Positions 30,701-39,291 are shown, counted from the stretch's first letter. The stretch: 64,000 nucleotides of DNA from a virus (IMGVR_UViG_3300010883_019551:15700-79699), one strand, 5' to 3'. Notes: generated by a model not told the origin, from the letters alone. Made by a program: numbers and translations.

Positions 30701-33700
30701 TTTGTTGGTGTCAGCACCGAATGTAAGACCAATTTGAGAAGGAATATTAATGTCTGCCTCTGCAGTTAGATTAATGTCTCCTCCCTGAATTGTCAGATTC
30801 GTTCCATTGCCTTCGATCTTCTCACCATCAGCACCAAACGTGAGACCAATGTTAGCTGGGATGTTAATATCACCTCCGGACGCTAAGCCGAAGTTAATGT
30901 CATCGCCATCGCCGTAGATGTGCTCAGCACCGTCGTCATATAGATCAACCCGCCTTACTCGAACTGTACCAGGGTTACCAGAAAAGACCTCAGATGCATT
31001 GGTGGCATCAGGAATAAAAGTAAAGACACCACCCGAATCATCGTAACCCATGAAACCGGTCTTGCCGGCGGATCCATTATGCCAGTGGAATTCAATACCA
31101 CGATCCTTGTTATCATCAGATCCGGACGCTAGCTCTCCACCAATAACAATGACAGGATCATCAACACTAATTGTTGTGCTGTTAACTGTTGTTGTTGTGC
31201 CGTTGACTGTGAGGTCACCTTGAACTGTAAGGTTGTCGTTAACCGTAGTCTCTGACGTCGCATGACCAATGCTGATTGCTGTTCCTGATGTGGCGCCTAC
31301 AATAACTCTTGCTACACCGGCTCCAGCGTTGGAAGCATCAATCGTAAGATTCTTTGTGCTGCCGTGATTCGCCGCCATTGTCAAGTTAACTGAGTCAGCC
31401 GCATCTAGAGATAGAGTTGAAGTCCCGTCTATAGTAATAGCCCCGGACGCGTCAATGTCTAGAGCAACAGCATCGAAGTCTACATTACCAGATCCGTCAT
31501 AAGCCAGCGCTTCAGTATCATCTCCAATAGATGCCCCGGCGTCACCACTGATTACGATCGTAGACGTGCTGTCCACAGTAACTGCACCAGAAGCATCAAT
31601 ATCCAGTGAGGTTGAGTTCATGTCGACAGGAGCAGCTGTTGTTGCACCTATCTGAATAATAGCTGCGCTATCAATCGCCACAGCACCCACAGCGTCAATA
31701 TCAATTGTGCCTGCAGTTGCATTAAGTTTCAATGCCGATGCACCGGCACCCGCTGATGTAAGACGAAGTTCCTGTGTACTGCCACCAGCCACCGCGATGT
31801 CTAAGTCTTTTCCTGAAGCTGTAACGGTAATATTTGAGTCGTCAACAGCGTCTATAGATAATGTACTACCACCAAGAATATCGATTGCGCCCGACGCGTC
31901 AATGTCCAATGTAACAGCATCGAAGTCTACATTACCAGATCCGTCGTAAGAAAGGCCTTCAGTATCATCGCTAAGAGTCGCGCCTCCATCGCCACTAATT
32001 ACGATAGTAGATGTGCTATCCATGGTGATTGCGCCCGACGCGTCAATGTCCAATGTTGTTGAGTCAATATCAATAGGTGTGTCTGTTTCAGTACCAATGT
32101 AGACTCCGGCAGATCCGTCTAAGTTTAGGCGACCTGCGTCTGCATCGATGTCGATCACTCCTTGCGCATCGAGAACTATGTTTCCATCTGCAATTACATT
32201 AAAGTGCGCAGATGCAGCATCATCATCTATTGTTGTGAATGTTGTGACACCGTGTTGTTCTATTTTAATTTCTAGCTTGTCGCCTGTGTCTTGATCATCA
32301 TGCAATGTAAGCTTTGTATTATCAACATCAAAGTCGAAGATCGTGTCAGTGGCATCGCTCATTACAACGTTACCGCCGTCGGCACTTAGATGAATATTTC
32401 TACCAGCGTCTAGTGTAATACCACCAGCATCAGCTTGAACAAGCACAGCCGCGACGCTGGCGCCAGCATCTTCAGCACCTTGAGTATTTTTAACAGTGAT
32501 TCTTTCTGAAGTTCCGGCGTTTGTAGTGATATTGATCGCGCCAGTGTTGTTAAACGTCGAGTCTAGACTTAAAGGTCCAGCAGTATCAACTGAAATTCCC
32601 GTTGTTCCGGCATCAATGTTTATTCCACCGGCAGCATTCGATGCGTTAATAGTGATAGCATTTATATCAGCTTCGCCGGCACCGATATTAACTGATCCGG
32701 CTGTGTTGACAATATCAATATCTTCACTGGCTGCACCAGCAGCTAATATATCAATACCACCAGCAGCAGCATTTATTGTAATAGCATCAGGTTCGTTTTC
32801 TGTTGATAAGAGATTAATCCCCGTATTAGAAACTAAGTCTAAGTTTTCCCCTGATGCTCCTCCAGCAACTGTAATATCAATACCACCCGCTGTGGCACTT
32901 ATTTGCAAAGCATCAGCAGCTGTTCCAGCAGATGACAAGATTAAACTAGCATCAACACCGGCGTCCATTGCTATGGTGAAATCACCATCAGCAGTAGCAG
33001 TATGACTGATATTTGAAGCGCCTCCTGCTGAGTCAACAGAAAGAGTTCCCTCTGTATCTAGCGTTACGTTACCCGCTGCATTGATATCAAGTGTCGATGA
33101 CTCCATAACAACTGGGACATCTGCCTCAACTCCGATATTGATTCCGGTTGAACCATCTAGACTTAGTGCACCTGCATTCGCATCAATGTCAACGGCACCG
33201 TCTGCAACAACGGTAAAGTCAGCTGCCCCTGCTGCAGCGTCTACAGTTGTAATTGTTAAATCACCATTTGTACCGACGCCCAACGTGGAGTAATCATCTG
33301 CATTATTAGAAAGCTTAAGCTGCACTGTGGATCCGTAGACTTCTAGTAAAGAATCAGGATCTGCAACACCTATACCCACTTTGCCGCTGTCTAGAATTCG
33401 CATTCTTTCTGTAGACGCAGTGTCATCAGCTTGACCAATTGGTGATGTTACAAAGACAAGATCTGTTCCCTTAGCAGTAGAGCTGTGAGCCTCCGCCGCG
33501 TAGGCAATAATAGCTGCACCTGCTTCTGTAACAGAGTTAGGTACATTTCCATCTTCGCTATCAAATCCAATCCCGCCTAGAATGTCCCCGTCAACCGTTT
33601 CTCGATCAGCTCTGACAATCATAATACCGTTATCATTAGCAGATCCCGAAACCATTACCTGGAGTCTATTACTGGGAGAGTTTGTCCCTAACCCGATTCT

Positions 33701-34327
33701 ATCTGAGCTAGCATCTACAAAGAACGTGTACGGCTTAGTCGATGTATGAATTACAAAGTCATTTCCAGGAACAGGAGTTCCACCAGCTCCGGATCCAGCG
33801 CCGCCAATAGTTGTGTAATGTGTTGTTCCGCTAGAAATATTAAATACTGCGCCTTGATTGACATGAAGCGATCCTGAGATGTGTGCCCTATGAGGCACCA
33901 TAAGGTCGCCTCGAACGGCTTCATCGACTTGCATGACCTGACGTTCAGCATACAATGTTCCGGAGATTACAACATCTCCACCGAATAGAACAACTTTACC
34001 GCCGTGATAGTCATCTTCAAGTGCCCGGCCTGGTGAGCCAGGATGAGATCCCGTTAGAACTCTGTGAAAATTATTTCCAGCTGTTCCATCATAATATCCC
34101 CACTGAGGGTGAGACTGCGCGCCGGAAACAAACATCCATACGTCTTTTCCCACGTTATTAAGCATGGAAGGTTCTAGTGTTCCGTCGTATTTTTGAGTTC
34201 CGCCACTGTTAACTGCATGTCGATGGTCATATACAGCTAGCCCTAGATAAGGAGTTCCAGCTGCGATACCACCCGATCCAATTAACTTGGATGTTCTTAT
34301 CTGTTTGCTTCTAAAGTCTTTTGCCAT
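27776..34327 (-). CDS. Very large tail fibre-like virion protein (2183 aa) with internal repeats
   Basis: DINIPANIGLTFGNDGEKIEGDG and LDIDASGA repeats; C-terminal YDLGS..RFRNIYTGDL..WTIVE..GKKFK fibre-tip motif. Confidence 0.78.
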   Translation of the reverse strand: MAKDFRSKQIRTSKLIGSGGIAAGTPYLGLAVYDHRHAVNSGGTQKYDGTLEPSMLNNVGKDVWMFVSGAQSHPQWGYYDGTAGNNFHRVLTGSHPGSPGRALEDDYHGGKVVLFGGDVVISGTLYAERQVMQVDEAVRGDLMVPHRAHISGSLHVNQGAVFNISSGTTHYTTIGGAGSGAGGTPVPGNDFVIHTSTKPYTFFVDASSDRIGLGTNSPSNRLQVMVSGSANDNGIMIVRADRETVDGDILGGIGFDSEDGNVPNSVTEAGAAIIAYAAEAHSSTAKGTDLVFVTSPIGQADDTASTERMRILDSGKVGIGVADPDSLLEVYGSTVQLKLSNNADDYSTLGVGTNGDLTITTVDAAAGAADFTVVADGAVDIDANAGALSLDGSTGINIGVEADVPVVMESSTLDINAAGNVTLDTEGTLSVDSAGGASNISHTATADGDFTIAMDAGVDASLILSSAGTAADALQISATAGGIDITVAGGASGENLDLVSNTGINLLSTENEPDAITINAAAGGIDILAAGAASEDIDIVNTAGSVNIGAGEADINAITINASNAAGGINIDAGTTGISVDTAGPLSLDSTFNNTGAINITTNAGTSERITVKNTQGAEDAGASVAAVLVQADAGGITLDAGRNIHLSADGGNVVMSDATDTIFDFDVDNTKLTLHDDQDTGDKLEIKIEQHGVTTFTTIDDDAASAHFNVIADGNIVLDAQGVIDIDADAGRLNLDGSAGVYIGTETDTPIDIDSTTLDIDASGAITMDSTSTIVISGDGGATLSDDTEGLSYDGSGNVDFDAVTLDIDASGAIDILGGSTLSIDAVDDSNITVTASGKDLDIAVAGGSTQELRLTSAGAGASALKLNATAGTIDIDAVGAVAIDSAAIIQIGATTAAPVDMNSTSLDIDASGAVTVDSTSTIVISGDAGASIGDDTEALAYDGSGNVDFDAVALDIDASGAITIDGTSTLSLDAADSVNLTMAANHGSTKNLTIDASNAGAGVARVIVGATSGTAISIGHATSETTVNDNLTVQGDLTVNGTTTTVNSTTISVDDPVIVIGGELASGSDDNKDRGIEFHWHNGSAGKTGFMGYDDSGGVFTFIPDATNASEVFSGNPGTVRVRRVDLYDDGAEHIYGDGDDINFGLASGGDINIPANIGLTFGADGEKIEGNGTNLTIQGGDINLTAEADINIPSQIGLTFGADTNKIEVDGSNNLEIDAAGKITLDSGGDIILDAAGSDIDFLRNGVLNARLNLNKTWNGDHSGVDFETMGYLKLRPDSGEVIFASGSLSEYGKIQGVAGDMYLSASVSDKDMIFMVNDGGTPTEVFRLDGDVSALKIAASKQLQLGAAEEHIYGDGTDIHFGVGAGGDINIPANIGLTFGNDGENISGDGTNLTIQGGDINLTAEANVNIPSGIGVTFGNDGEKISGDGTDLTISGNNINLTATEDVVIPANVGILMGGGEKIESDGTDLTITVGAGGDINVPANIGLTFGNDGEKIEGDGTKLIVSASELDFVIEVGGDINIPSEIGLTFGNDGEKIEGDGFGLTAKGGFVILDSESDIWLNSDSGNWVFQDGSYELGSIRSRAGNLYLSSSQQNKDMIFMVNDAGAMTEIFRLDGSTSALAISGSKQIQLGTAEEHIYGDGTDIHFGVGAGGDINIPANIGLTFGNDGEKIEGDGTNLTIAGADINLTAAANINIPTSIGLTFGNDGEKIEGDGVGLTAKGGFVILDSESDIWLDSDLGNWVLKDSGTEIGSIRSRSSDLYLSSSVSDKDMIFMVNDGGTMTEVMRLDGDVSALKVAPGKQVRFGSANVSLSNSTVSGKQNDLILASHLLNVESEETYYSGDVFVSGTLTPNALALTNLDLQTNSYIRFGDANNYIQRVSNDLTFRDTATGGVKTLTDLSSIGAISTAFEMLATQSPDTLKIRSTGSFSLSSANQYAEQVASDIYFYVSGTIDRGSSSDTKVAAFGGDVVASGSLVAGARFNSWGAAPGTVQYALSASFEAVGYQAPLIGKNNSGVDVFSILPGYDITKAANSSLVSILGEVSDGNIIFGVNDGGTPTEVMRLQGNNASLRMAATKNLEFGGTSRYISSPNTTVINYVNSNADAAHQFTGHILPATNNTYDLGSESSRFRNIYTGDLNLKNDKGDWTIVEEADYLCVINNTTGKKFKMMLEPIEESE

Positions 34328-34337
34328 TTTTAGCTCC

Positions 34338-34619
34338 CTAAACTCTCTCTAGAATTTGGCCCATTGCTTGGTAATTAAACGTGATCAAAGGTTCTGAAGA
34401 TATTGTTACAACCCACTGCCCTGTACTTTTTGAGACACTCTTTATAATAACATTTGCATTACCAAAAGCATCTGCAGCCGCTGTACTATCCGCATCACCC
34501 TGCCCAATTACAGTAATGATTGGAGGGTAGTAGTATTGACCCGTAAGTGTTACCTGTCCCACTCCAGTCGCGTCTGTTGACCCGTTTCCCGTTTCCATTG
34601 AAAAGTTCGTAAGTCTCAT
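34338..34619 (-). CDS. Small putative structural protein
   Basis: 93 aa beta-rich ORF translationally coupled within the fibre block. Confidence 0.5.
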   Translation of the reverse strand: MRLTNFSMETGNGSTDATGVGQVTLTGQYYYPPIITVIGQGDADSTAAADAFGNANVIIKSVSKSTGQWVVTISSEPLITFNYQAMGQILERV

Positions 34620-34963
34620 TATTGATCCATAAGAATTGCATGCACCGCCACTTTGCCCGTGAAGGCGTCAGAGGCCCCGATCACGACGTGAGTTCGTGCG
34701 ACCTGCTTTACATAAATATTGACGTTCTGTGTATCTCCGGTATCTCCTTCATTTACAATGAGGGCACATGTCACGCTTGGAGACCCGGAGAACGCCGATT
34801 CATAATTGTGTGTAACTTCATCTACATTATCGAATGTTACTTCAAAAACTTCCAGCTCGAATCTTTGATTACTATAAAGCTGTGTTTTGGGCAGATGTCT
34901 AGTATATGGATATTTTTTTGAAAGACGCGCAGCGTCTCTAACCTTTAGCTTAAGTGTAGCCAT
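34619..34963 (-). CDS. Small putative structural protein
   Basis: F..SPSVT motif like fibre-associated small beta domains; first gene of the block, GGAG RBS. Confidence 0.5.
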   Translation of the reverse strand: MATLKLKVRDAARLSKKYPYTRHLPKTQLYSNQRFELEVFEVTFDNVDEVTHNYESAFSGSPSVTCALIVNEGDTGDTQNVNIYVKQVARTHVVIGASDAFTGKVAVHAILMDQ

Positions 34964-35046
34964 GCATATTCTCCAGCACAGTGATCCTATGCTAAATATG
35001 CATCTACTGAGGCAGGGTTAGATCAGAGATTCGTAAAGTCTTCGAT

Positions 35047-36354
35047 TTATAGCGTCTTGCTAGCAAGAGTTGCCAGCCTAGATCTTTCTCCCTTGGAGAG
35101 ATGTACATGACATGTAAGATCACTGTCACGAAGCTTATCAATTATTATTGACAAACCATTTGATCTGCTATTAATATAGGGAGTGTCTACCTGGTCTGTG
35201 TCACCCATTAATACAACTTTAGAATTTTCGCCTAGTCTGGTGACAATTGTCTTGAGCTCGTGGATCGTAGCATTTTGAGCTTCGTCTACAATCAAAAATG
35301 CGTTATTAAAAGTTCTGCCTCTAATAAAGCTTAGGGGTGCAATTTCAATTTGTCCTCGCTCTATCATAGTATTAAAGTAAGATAGATCCTTAAAAGCATG
35401 TCTAAAGTTGTCCACTAAGGGTGCCATCCATGGAGCCATTTTTTCTTGTAAATCGCCAGGCAAGAAACCCAGGTCTCTTCCGACCGGTTGGATAGATCGT
35501 GTAACAACAATTCTATCACAAATCCCTTCGTTCAAAGCATTGAGCGCACTCAGTAGAGTTAAAAATGTTTTTCCTGAGCCTGCGATGCCTGTTAAACAAA
35601 CTAGTGGAATGTCAGGATCAGTTAGCGCTGAAAGCGCAAAGTGTTGTTCCTTATTACGTGGATTAACAGGCGCAGCAGAGAATTTCCCGCGGGGGACAGA
35701 TTTTATTAGACACGAATTTTTGTATGTTGCCAAGACTGAACCGCCTCCGTTACCGGTAACAACAACAGAGCAGTTCTCATAAAGGCTAAACTTCTGTACT
35801 TCTTCCTCCATGATATCGACGGTATTATTCTCATGAAGTTCAGTGACCCTATTATCTTCAATCATAATTGCCAGTACAGATCCTTCATCTTCTGTAAGCT
35901 TTGATGTAAGATGATCCTTATAGTAGTCTTCTGCGGAAATCCCTAGAGCATCACACTTGACCCTCAAGTTAATATCCTTGGTGATGACCTTAACCTTCTT
36001 CGAAGAGTCCTCAGATTTAACGCAGAGGGCTACAGAGATGATTCTATTATCGCCCTGTCCAACATCAAGTCCCAAGTCTTTGGCTGGCTGAAGATTTTCT
36101 TGCGTCAGAATCTTAATAGTCTGATCTCTATCTTCTAATAGCACACCCTCGTCGAGGCGCCCTAAACTTCTAAGATTATCTAGAAATCTATTAACATACC
36201 GAGCTGACTCTCCCAAAAGTCCCGGAGCTTCTTTTTTCCGATCCAGCTCATCTAAAACAGTAAAGGGTAGTATTACATCATTGCCCGGGAAGGAATGAAT
36301 CGACTCCTTGTCGTATAAAAGAACTGACGTATCTAGTATAAGTGATTTTCTCAA
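35047..36354 (-). CDS. phoH: PhoH-family ATPase with N-terminal PIN domain (PhoH2/YlaK type)
   Basis: LDTSVL PIN, GIAGSGKT, GFLPGD, RGRT, DEAQN, GD..Q.D; TTG start with AGGAG. Confidence 0.93.
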   Translation of the reverse strand: MRKSLILDTSVLLYDKESIHSFPGNDVILPFTVLDELDRKKEAPGLLGESARYVNRFLDNLRSLGRLDEGVLLEDRDQTIKILTQENLQPAKDLGLDVGQGDNRIISVALCVKSEDSSKKVKVITKDINLRVKCDALGISAEDYYKDHLTSKLTEDEGSVLAIMIEDNRVTELHENNTVDIMEEEVQKFSLYENCSVVVTGNGGGSVLATYKNSCLIKSVPRGKFSAAPVNPRNKEQHFALSALTDPDIPLVCLTGIAGSGKTFLTLLSALNALNEGICDRIVVTRSIQPVGRDLGFLPGDLQEKMAPWMAPLVDNFRHAFKDLSYFNTMIERGQIEIAPLSFIRGRTFNNAFLIVDEAQNATIHELKTIVTRLGENSKVVLMGDTDQVDTPYINSRSNGLSIIIDKLRDSDLTCHVHLSKGERSRLATLASKTL

Positions 36355-36450
36355 TGAGGCTCCTATGCTCTGTATACTCTAATCTTTTCTAGTAAATGTG
36401 TACATGTTAATTACTCAGCGTACGTTTTCATTAAGTAAGTAGGCGAATAA

Positions 36451-36741
36451 ATGAGTGATAATTTGTTAGATGATAAAGAGACAGAAGACAAAGTTTTAGA
36501 AGGAACAACGTGTTTTAAGGAACATAAAGCTTCCGGGCAAGCCTGTAACAAAACAAGCTGCCGTTATTGGATTGACTATGATAAAAGCCACAACTGTACC
36601 ATGATTGCTGCTGATAAAGGTCCTATGACGCTGCAAGAGATCGGCGACATATTTGGTGTCACAAGAATGAGAATATGTCAAATAGAAAAATCTGTGCTGA
36701 AGAAACTTTGTTCTAGAACTGTCGACTTATCTGATTTATAA
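36451..36741 (+). CDS. Stand-alone sigma-70 region-4 HTH protein with Cys-rich N-terminus
   Basis: MTLQEIGDIFGVTRMRICQIEKSVLKKL matches sigma region 4.2. Confidence 0.85.
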   Translation: MSDNLLDDKETEDKVLEGTTCFKEHKASGQACNKTSCRYWIDYDKSHNCTMIAADKGPMTLQEIGDIFGVTRMRICQIEKSVLKKLCSRTVDLSDL

Positions 36742-37941
36742 ACCGCCCATAAGGGTTATAGCAATAAGTCCTGGAAGTCTATCTTTAACATAGACTCCGG
36801 AGAAGAGTGTGTTTGCCCTGCCGCCAACATATGAGAATGCTGACTCCAGTCTTCTACTTACTTCTGGATCATTTGCCATATCGTTATCAACAACTAAAAG
36901 CAATACACCTGTTTCGGAATTACCGGTAGGTGACGGACAAGGTGAAGATCTTAGGCAACCCTGATATACCAGCGAGCCCAAATCATTTCTAGTTACGTCT
37001 CTAACTACTGTACTTCCTACGACCATGCGACCATCAGTACTTAGACAGCGCTCTAGATCTTTAGAGTCGAATGTTTGGATAGGCGAATGCTCTGATGCTA
37101 GCTTGAAAATTTGTGATAGAAGCTTGGCAAAGTTTTTATTCGCTGATGGGAACATGTTCATCATCCCCACCTTTCCTCTTAGCAACTGTAATTGCTTTTC
37201 GTTATCAATGATAATATGAGGATGACTAGAAACATCAGCCTTTAATGAGTCAAAGTTTCTCTTAATTGTAGGATTAAGAAGCTCTTGAGCTGTAGGCTTG
37301 GTTACTATATAAACAACCTTGCCGGCTGCCTCTATAGACTCAAGATATCTTGAAAGCGATCCGTGTAAGCTATGACATGCGCTTCCTGTTCCTCCACCTC
37401 CACCGGCGAGGACAAAGAGCCAATCAACTTTTCCAAGGCGCGTTCTAACAGCATCTTCTACCATCGTGCTTTGTTCGCCAAGAATCTTTTTGCCTAAGTC
37501 AATATCTTTCCCCACACCGTCTGCGCCTGGTACTACCAAAACATTGGCTTCCTCGACACCAACCGGCTGGTCCTTTTCTGTTGTATTAACCAACAAGGTT
37601 TTCGAAAACCCTAAGTCTAGAAATGCTTTAGCTAGTTTTCCACCGCCTCCGCCAACTCCAACAAATCCAGCTAAAATTGCGCTTTTAGCACTATTCTCTG
37701 GAAGAAGTCTTTCATCTGCTGCCGCCGGCGCATCATCATATGCTTCGACGAAATCAAAATCGTCTGCATCGTTGATGTAAGTGTCGTCGTCATTTCCACC
37801 ATGGTCGTTTGACATTGTCTTATCTCCTACAAGTCTATTATCGTTAGAATCTTCTACTGGAATCTGTTTCGAAACTTTCTGTTTCGATTTCATCGGTCCG
37901 GGCGGTATTTTTCCCACCAAGCTGTATGTGCTTGACCCCAT
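36736..37941 (-). CDS. Tubulin/FtsZ-family GTPase (PhuZ/TubZ-like); alternative start at 37815
   Basis: GVGGGGG, VNT, AGGGGGTGS signature, IDNE, T7-like DSKD; AGGAG RBS before ATG 37815. Confidence 0.88.
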   Translation of the reverse strand: MGSSTYSLVGKIPPGPMKSKQKVSKQIPVEDSNDNRLVGDKTMSNDHGGNDDDTYINDADDFDFVEAYDDAPAAADERLLPENSAKSAILAGFVGVGGGGGKLAKAFLDLGFSKTLLVNTTEKDQPVGVEEANVLVVPGADGVGKDIDLGKKILGEQSTMVEDAVRTRLGKVDWLFVLAGGGGGTGSACHSLHGSLSRYLESIEAAGKVVYIVTKPTAQELLNPTIKRNFDSLKADVSSHPHIIIDNEKQLQLLRGKVGMMNMFPSANKNFAKLLSQIFKLASEHSPIQTFDSKDLERCLSTDGRMVVGSTVVRDVTRNDLGSLVYQGCLRSSPCPSPTGNSETGVLLLVVDNDMANDPEVSRRLESAFSYVGGRANTLFSGVYVKDRLPGLIAITLMGGL

Positions 37942-38009
37942 TCATTAGACTCCCTATCTTTAGATGATTAATCATATAGCTAATTATACTCTTGGCTGTG
38001 TTTAAGTAA

Positions 38010-38372
38010 TGGTGGAGGCGGCGGGAGTCGAACCCGCGTCCAAAATGTTTAGCATATCAGGTCATTCACAAGCTTATCTGACTTATTCCCAAATCAAAAA
38101 GGTATCTACAAATTTTCCCATTTCCTATGTAGACTTGGAAATCCACCTATTACAAATAGGGTAACCATTTTGGTCTTGTTTATTTCGATGGGACCAACCA
38201 CTTATCCTAAATTGGTTAGACGGCTTTAGGAAACCACCCGATTAAGCTGCTAGAGCGTATTCGTAATTGTCATTGTTGGCAATTAAATTGTTGTAACACT
38301 GTCAAGCCATGCGTTACCGTTGGCTGCTTGCACCCTCAAGACCTTGCACCCTGTCGAGACCGTTTCGCCCCC
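38010..38372 (-). ncRNA. ssrA: tmRNA, tag peptide (A)ANNDNYEYALAA at 38242..38280
   Basis: 5' GGGGGCG...TCGAC; 3' GGACGCGGGTTCGACTCCCGCCGCCTCCACCA; G3-U wobble in acceptor stem; tag ORF ending LAA-TAA. Confidence 0.96.
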
Positions 38373-38380
38373 GTTATTAA

Positions 38381-38569
38381 CTAATCCTTTCTATCTTTTT
38401 CTTCCTTAATTGTTGCCTTAACAAGAGATGCAGACGCATTCTTTAACGCTCGCAAACCCTTCCGTGCTCTAACACCCGCCGAGGCGTTACCGCCGGCATT
38501 CTTATGTACATCTAGATCTAAGCTTTCAATTAGAACCTTGATTTCATTCCACTGGTCCAATACAGACAT
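38381..38569 (-). CDS. Histone H1-like (Hc1-family) small basic protein
   Basis: GNASAGVRARK matches the Hc1-family GNKAAGxRARK motif. Confidence 0.75.
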   Translation of the reverse strand: MSVLDQWNEIKVLIESLDLDVHKNAGGNASAGVRARKGLRALKNASASLVKATIKEEKDRKD

Positions 38570-38580
38570 GTTTTTTCTCC

Positions 38581-38826
38581 TTAAATGTCAGTAATTAAGC
38601 CGCCACTTTTTGGTTTTTCAACGCTGTGGTCGGTATTAATACACTCAACTATTGATATCATAGTCTCGCGGTCTTCTAGCTCCATTGCTAAAATTTCTAT
38701 AATCTTGATAATTTGACTTTGTGATACGCCATATTTCAAGATCTCCTGAACAATCTCTCTACAAACTACGTTTTCTAACGTTGCTGTTTGTTGAACAGGT
38801 TGTATTTCCTCTGCTTTGCTGTTCAC
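38581..38826 (-). CDS. Hypothetical protein
   Basis: Coupled ORF in a co-oriented run. Confidence 0.6.
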   Translation of the reverse strand: MNSKAEEIQPVQQTATLENVVCREIVQEILKYGVSQSQIIKIIEILAMELEDRETMISIVECINTDHSVEKPKSGGLITDI

Positions 38827-39287
38827 TATACGCTCTCGCTTATGATGTAATTTTCAATCATTATTGAATCTTCACCATTCAACCTTAAAACCTTGCCCTG
38901 GACTTCATCGTTCATCGTGTCTCGAGTCATAACAACAGTTTGCCCCCATAGCTGATTCAGATATATAAACAAAACATTCTCCCAAATCGGAAGATCACAA
39001 TCATAACTCTCTAAAATTTCTCTAAGATCTACTGGGAGCCCTCTTCGAATTTCGCTTACTGTTGTGACAGTATTGAGTTCATCTTTTCCTGTGATCATTT
39101 CTGATTTGCAAATATCATATACTTTATGCACAGCACCACAATTATTACATTGAACATACTTGGGTATAACAGTATCACTGTCATCAATCACAGAAAACAC
39201 AATGAACTTGTGAAATACAGGATCTTTTCTTCCTCTATACTGAGGTAACATGCAATGACACTGAAGTAGGTGCTGTTGTCCTCGCAT
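38826..39287 (-). CDS. Hypothetical protein with Zn-ribbon-like CxC/CxxC
   Basis: QCHC and CNNCG. Confidence 0.6.
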   Translation of the reverse strand: MRGQQHLLQCHCMLPQYRGRKDPVFHKFIVFSVIDDSDTVIPKYVQCNNCGAVHKVYDICKSEMITGKDELNTVTTVSEIRRGLPVDLREILESYDCDLPIWENVLFIYLNQLWGQTVVMTRDTMNDEVQGKVLRLNGEDSIMIENYIISESV

Positions 39288-39291
39288 TACC

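Noticed and set aside
28900-30900. Repeats considered as a CRISPR array or DGR TR/VR pair
   Set aside because: They are in-frame coding repeats with synonymous variation; no unique spacers, no adenine-specific mismatch pattern noticed, no cas or reverse transcriptase gene in the window
24132-34161. Many plus-strand ORFs (e.g. 25000..25611, 28926..29378, 29613..30131, 32496..33005)
   Set aside because: Antisense shadows of the repeat-rich fibre genes; Ser/Pro-rich, no motifs or RBS
36736-37941. Calling the GTPase bona fide ftsZ, or evidence of a phage nucleus
   Set aside because: No dcw context, no FtsZ C-terminal peptide and no chimallin visible
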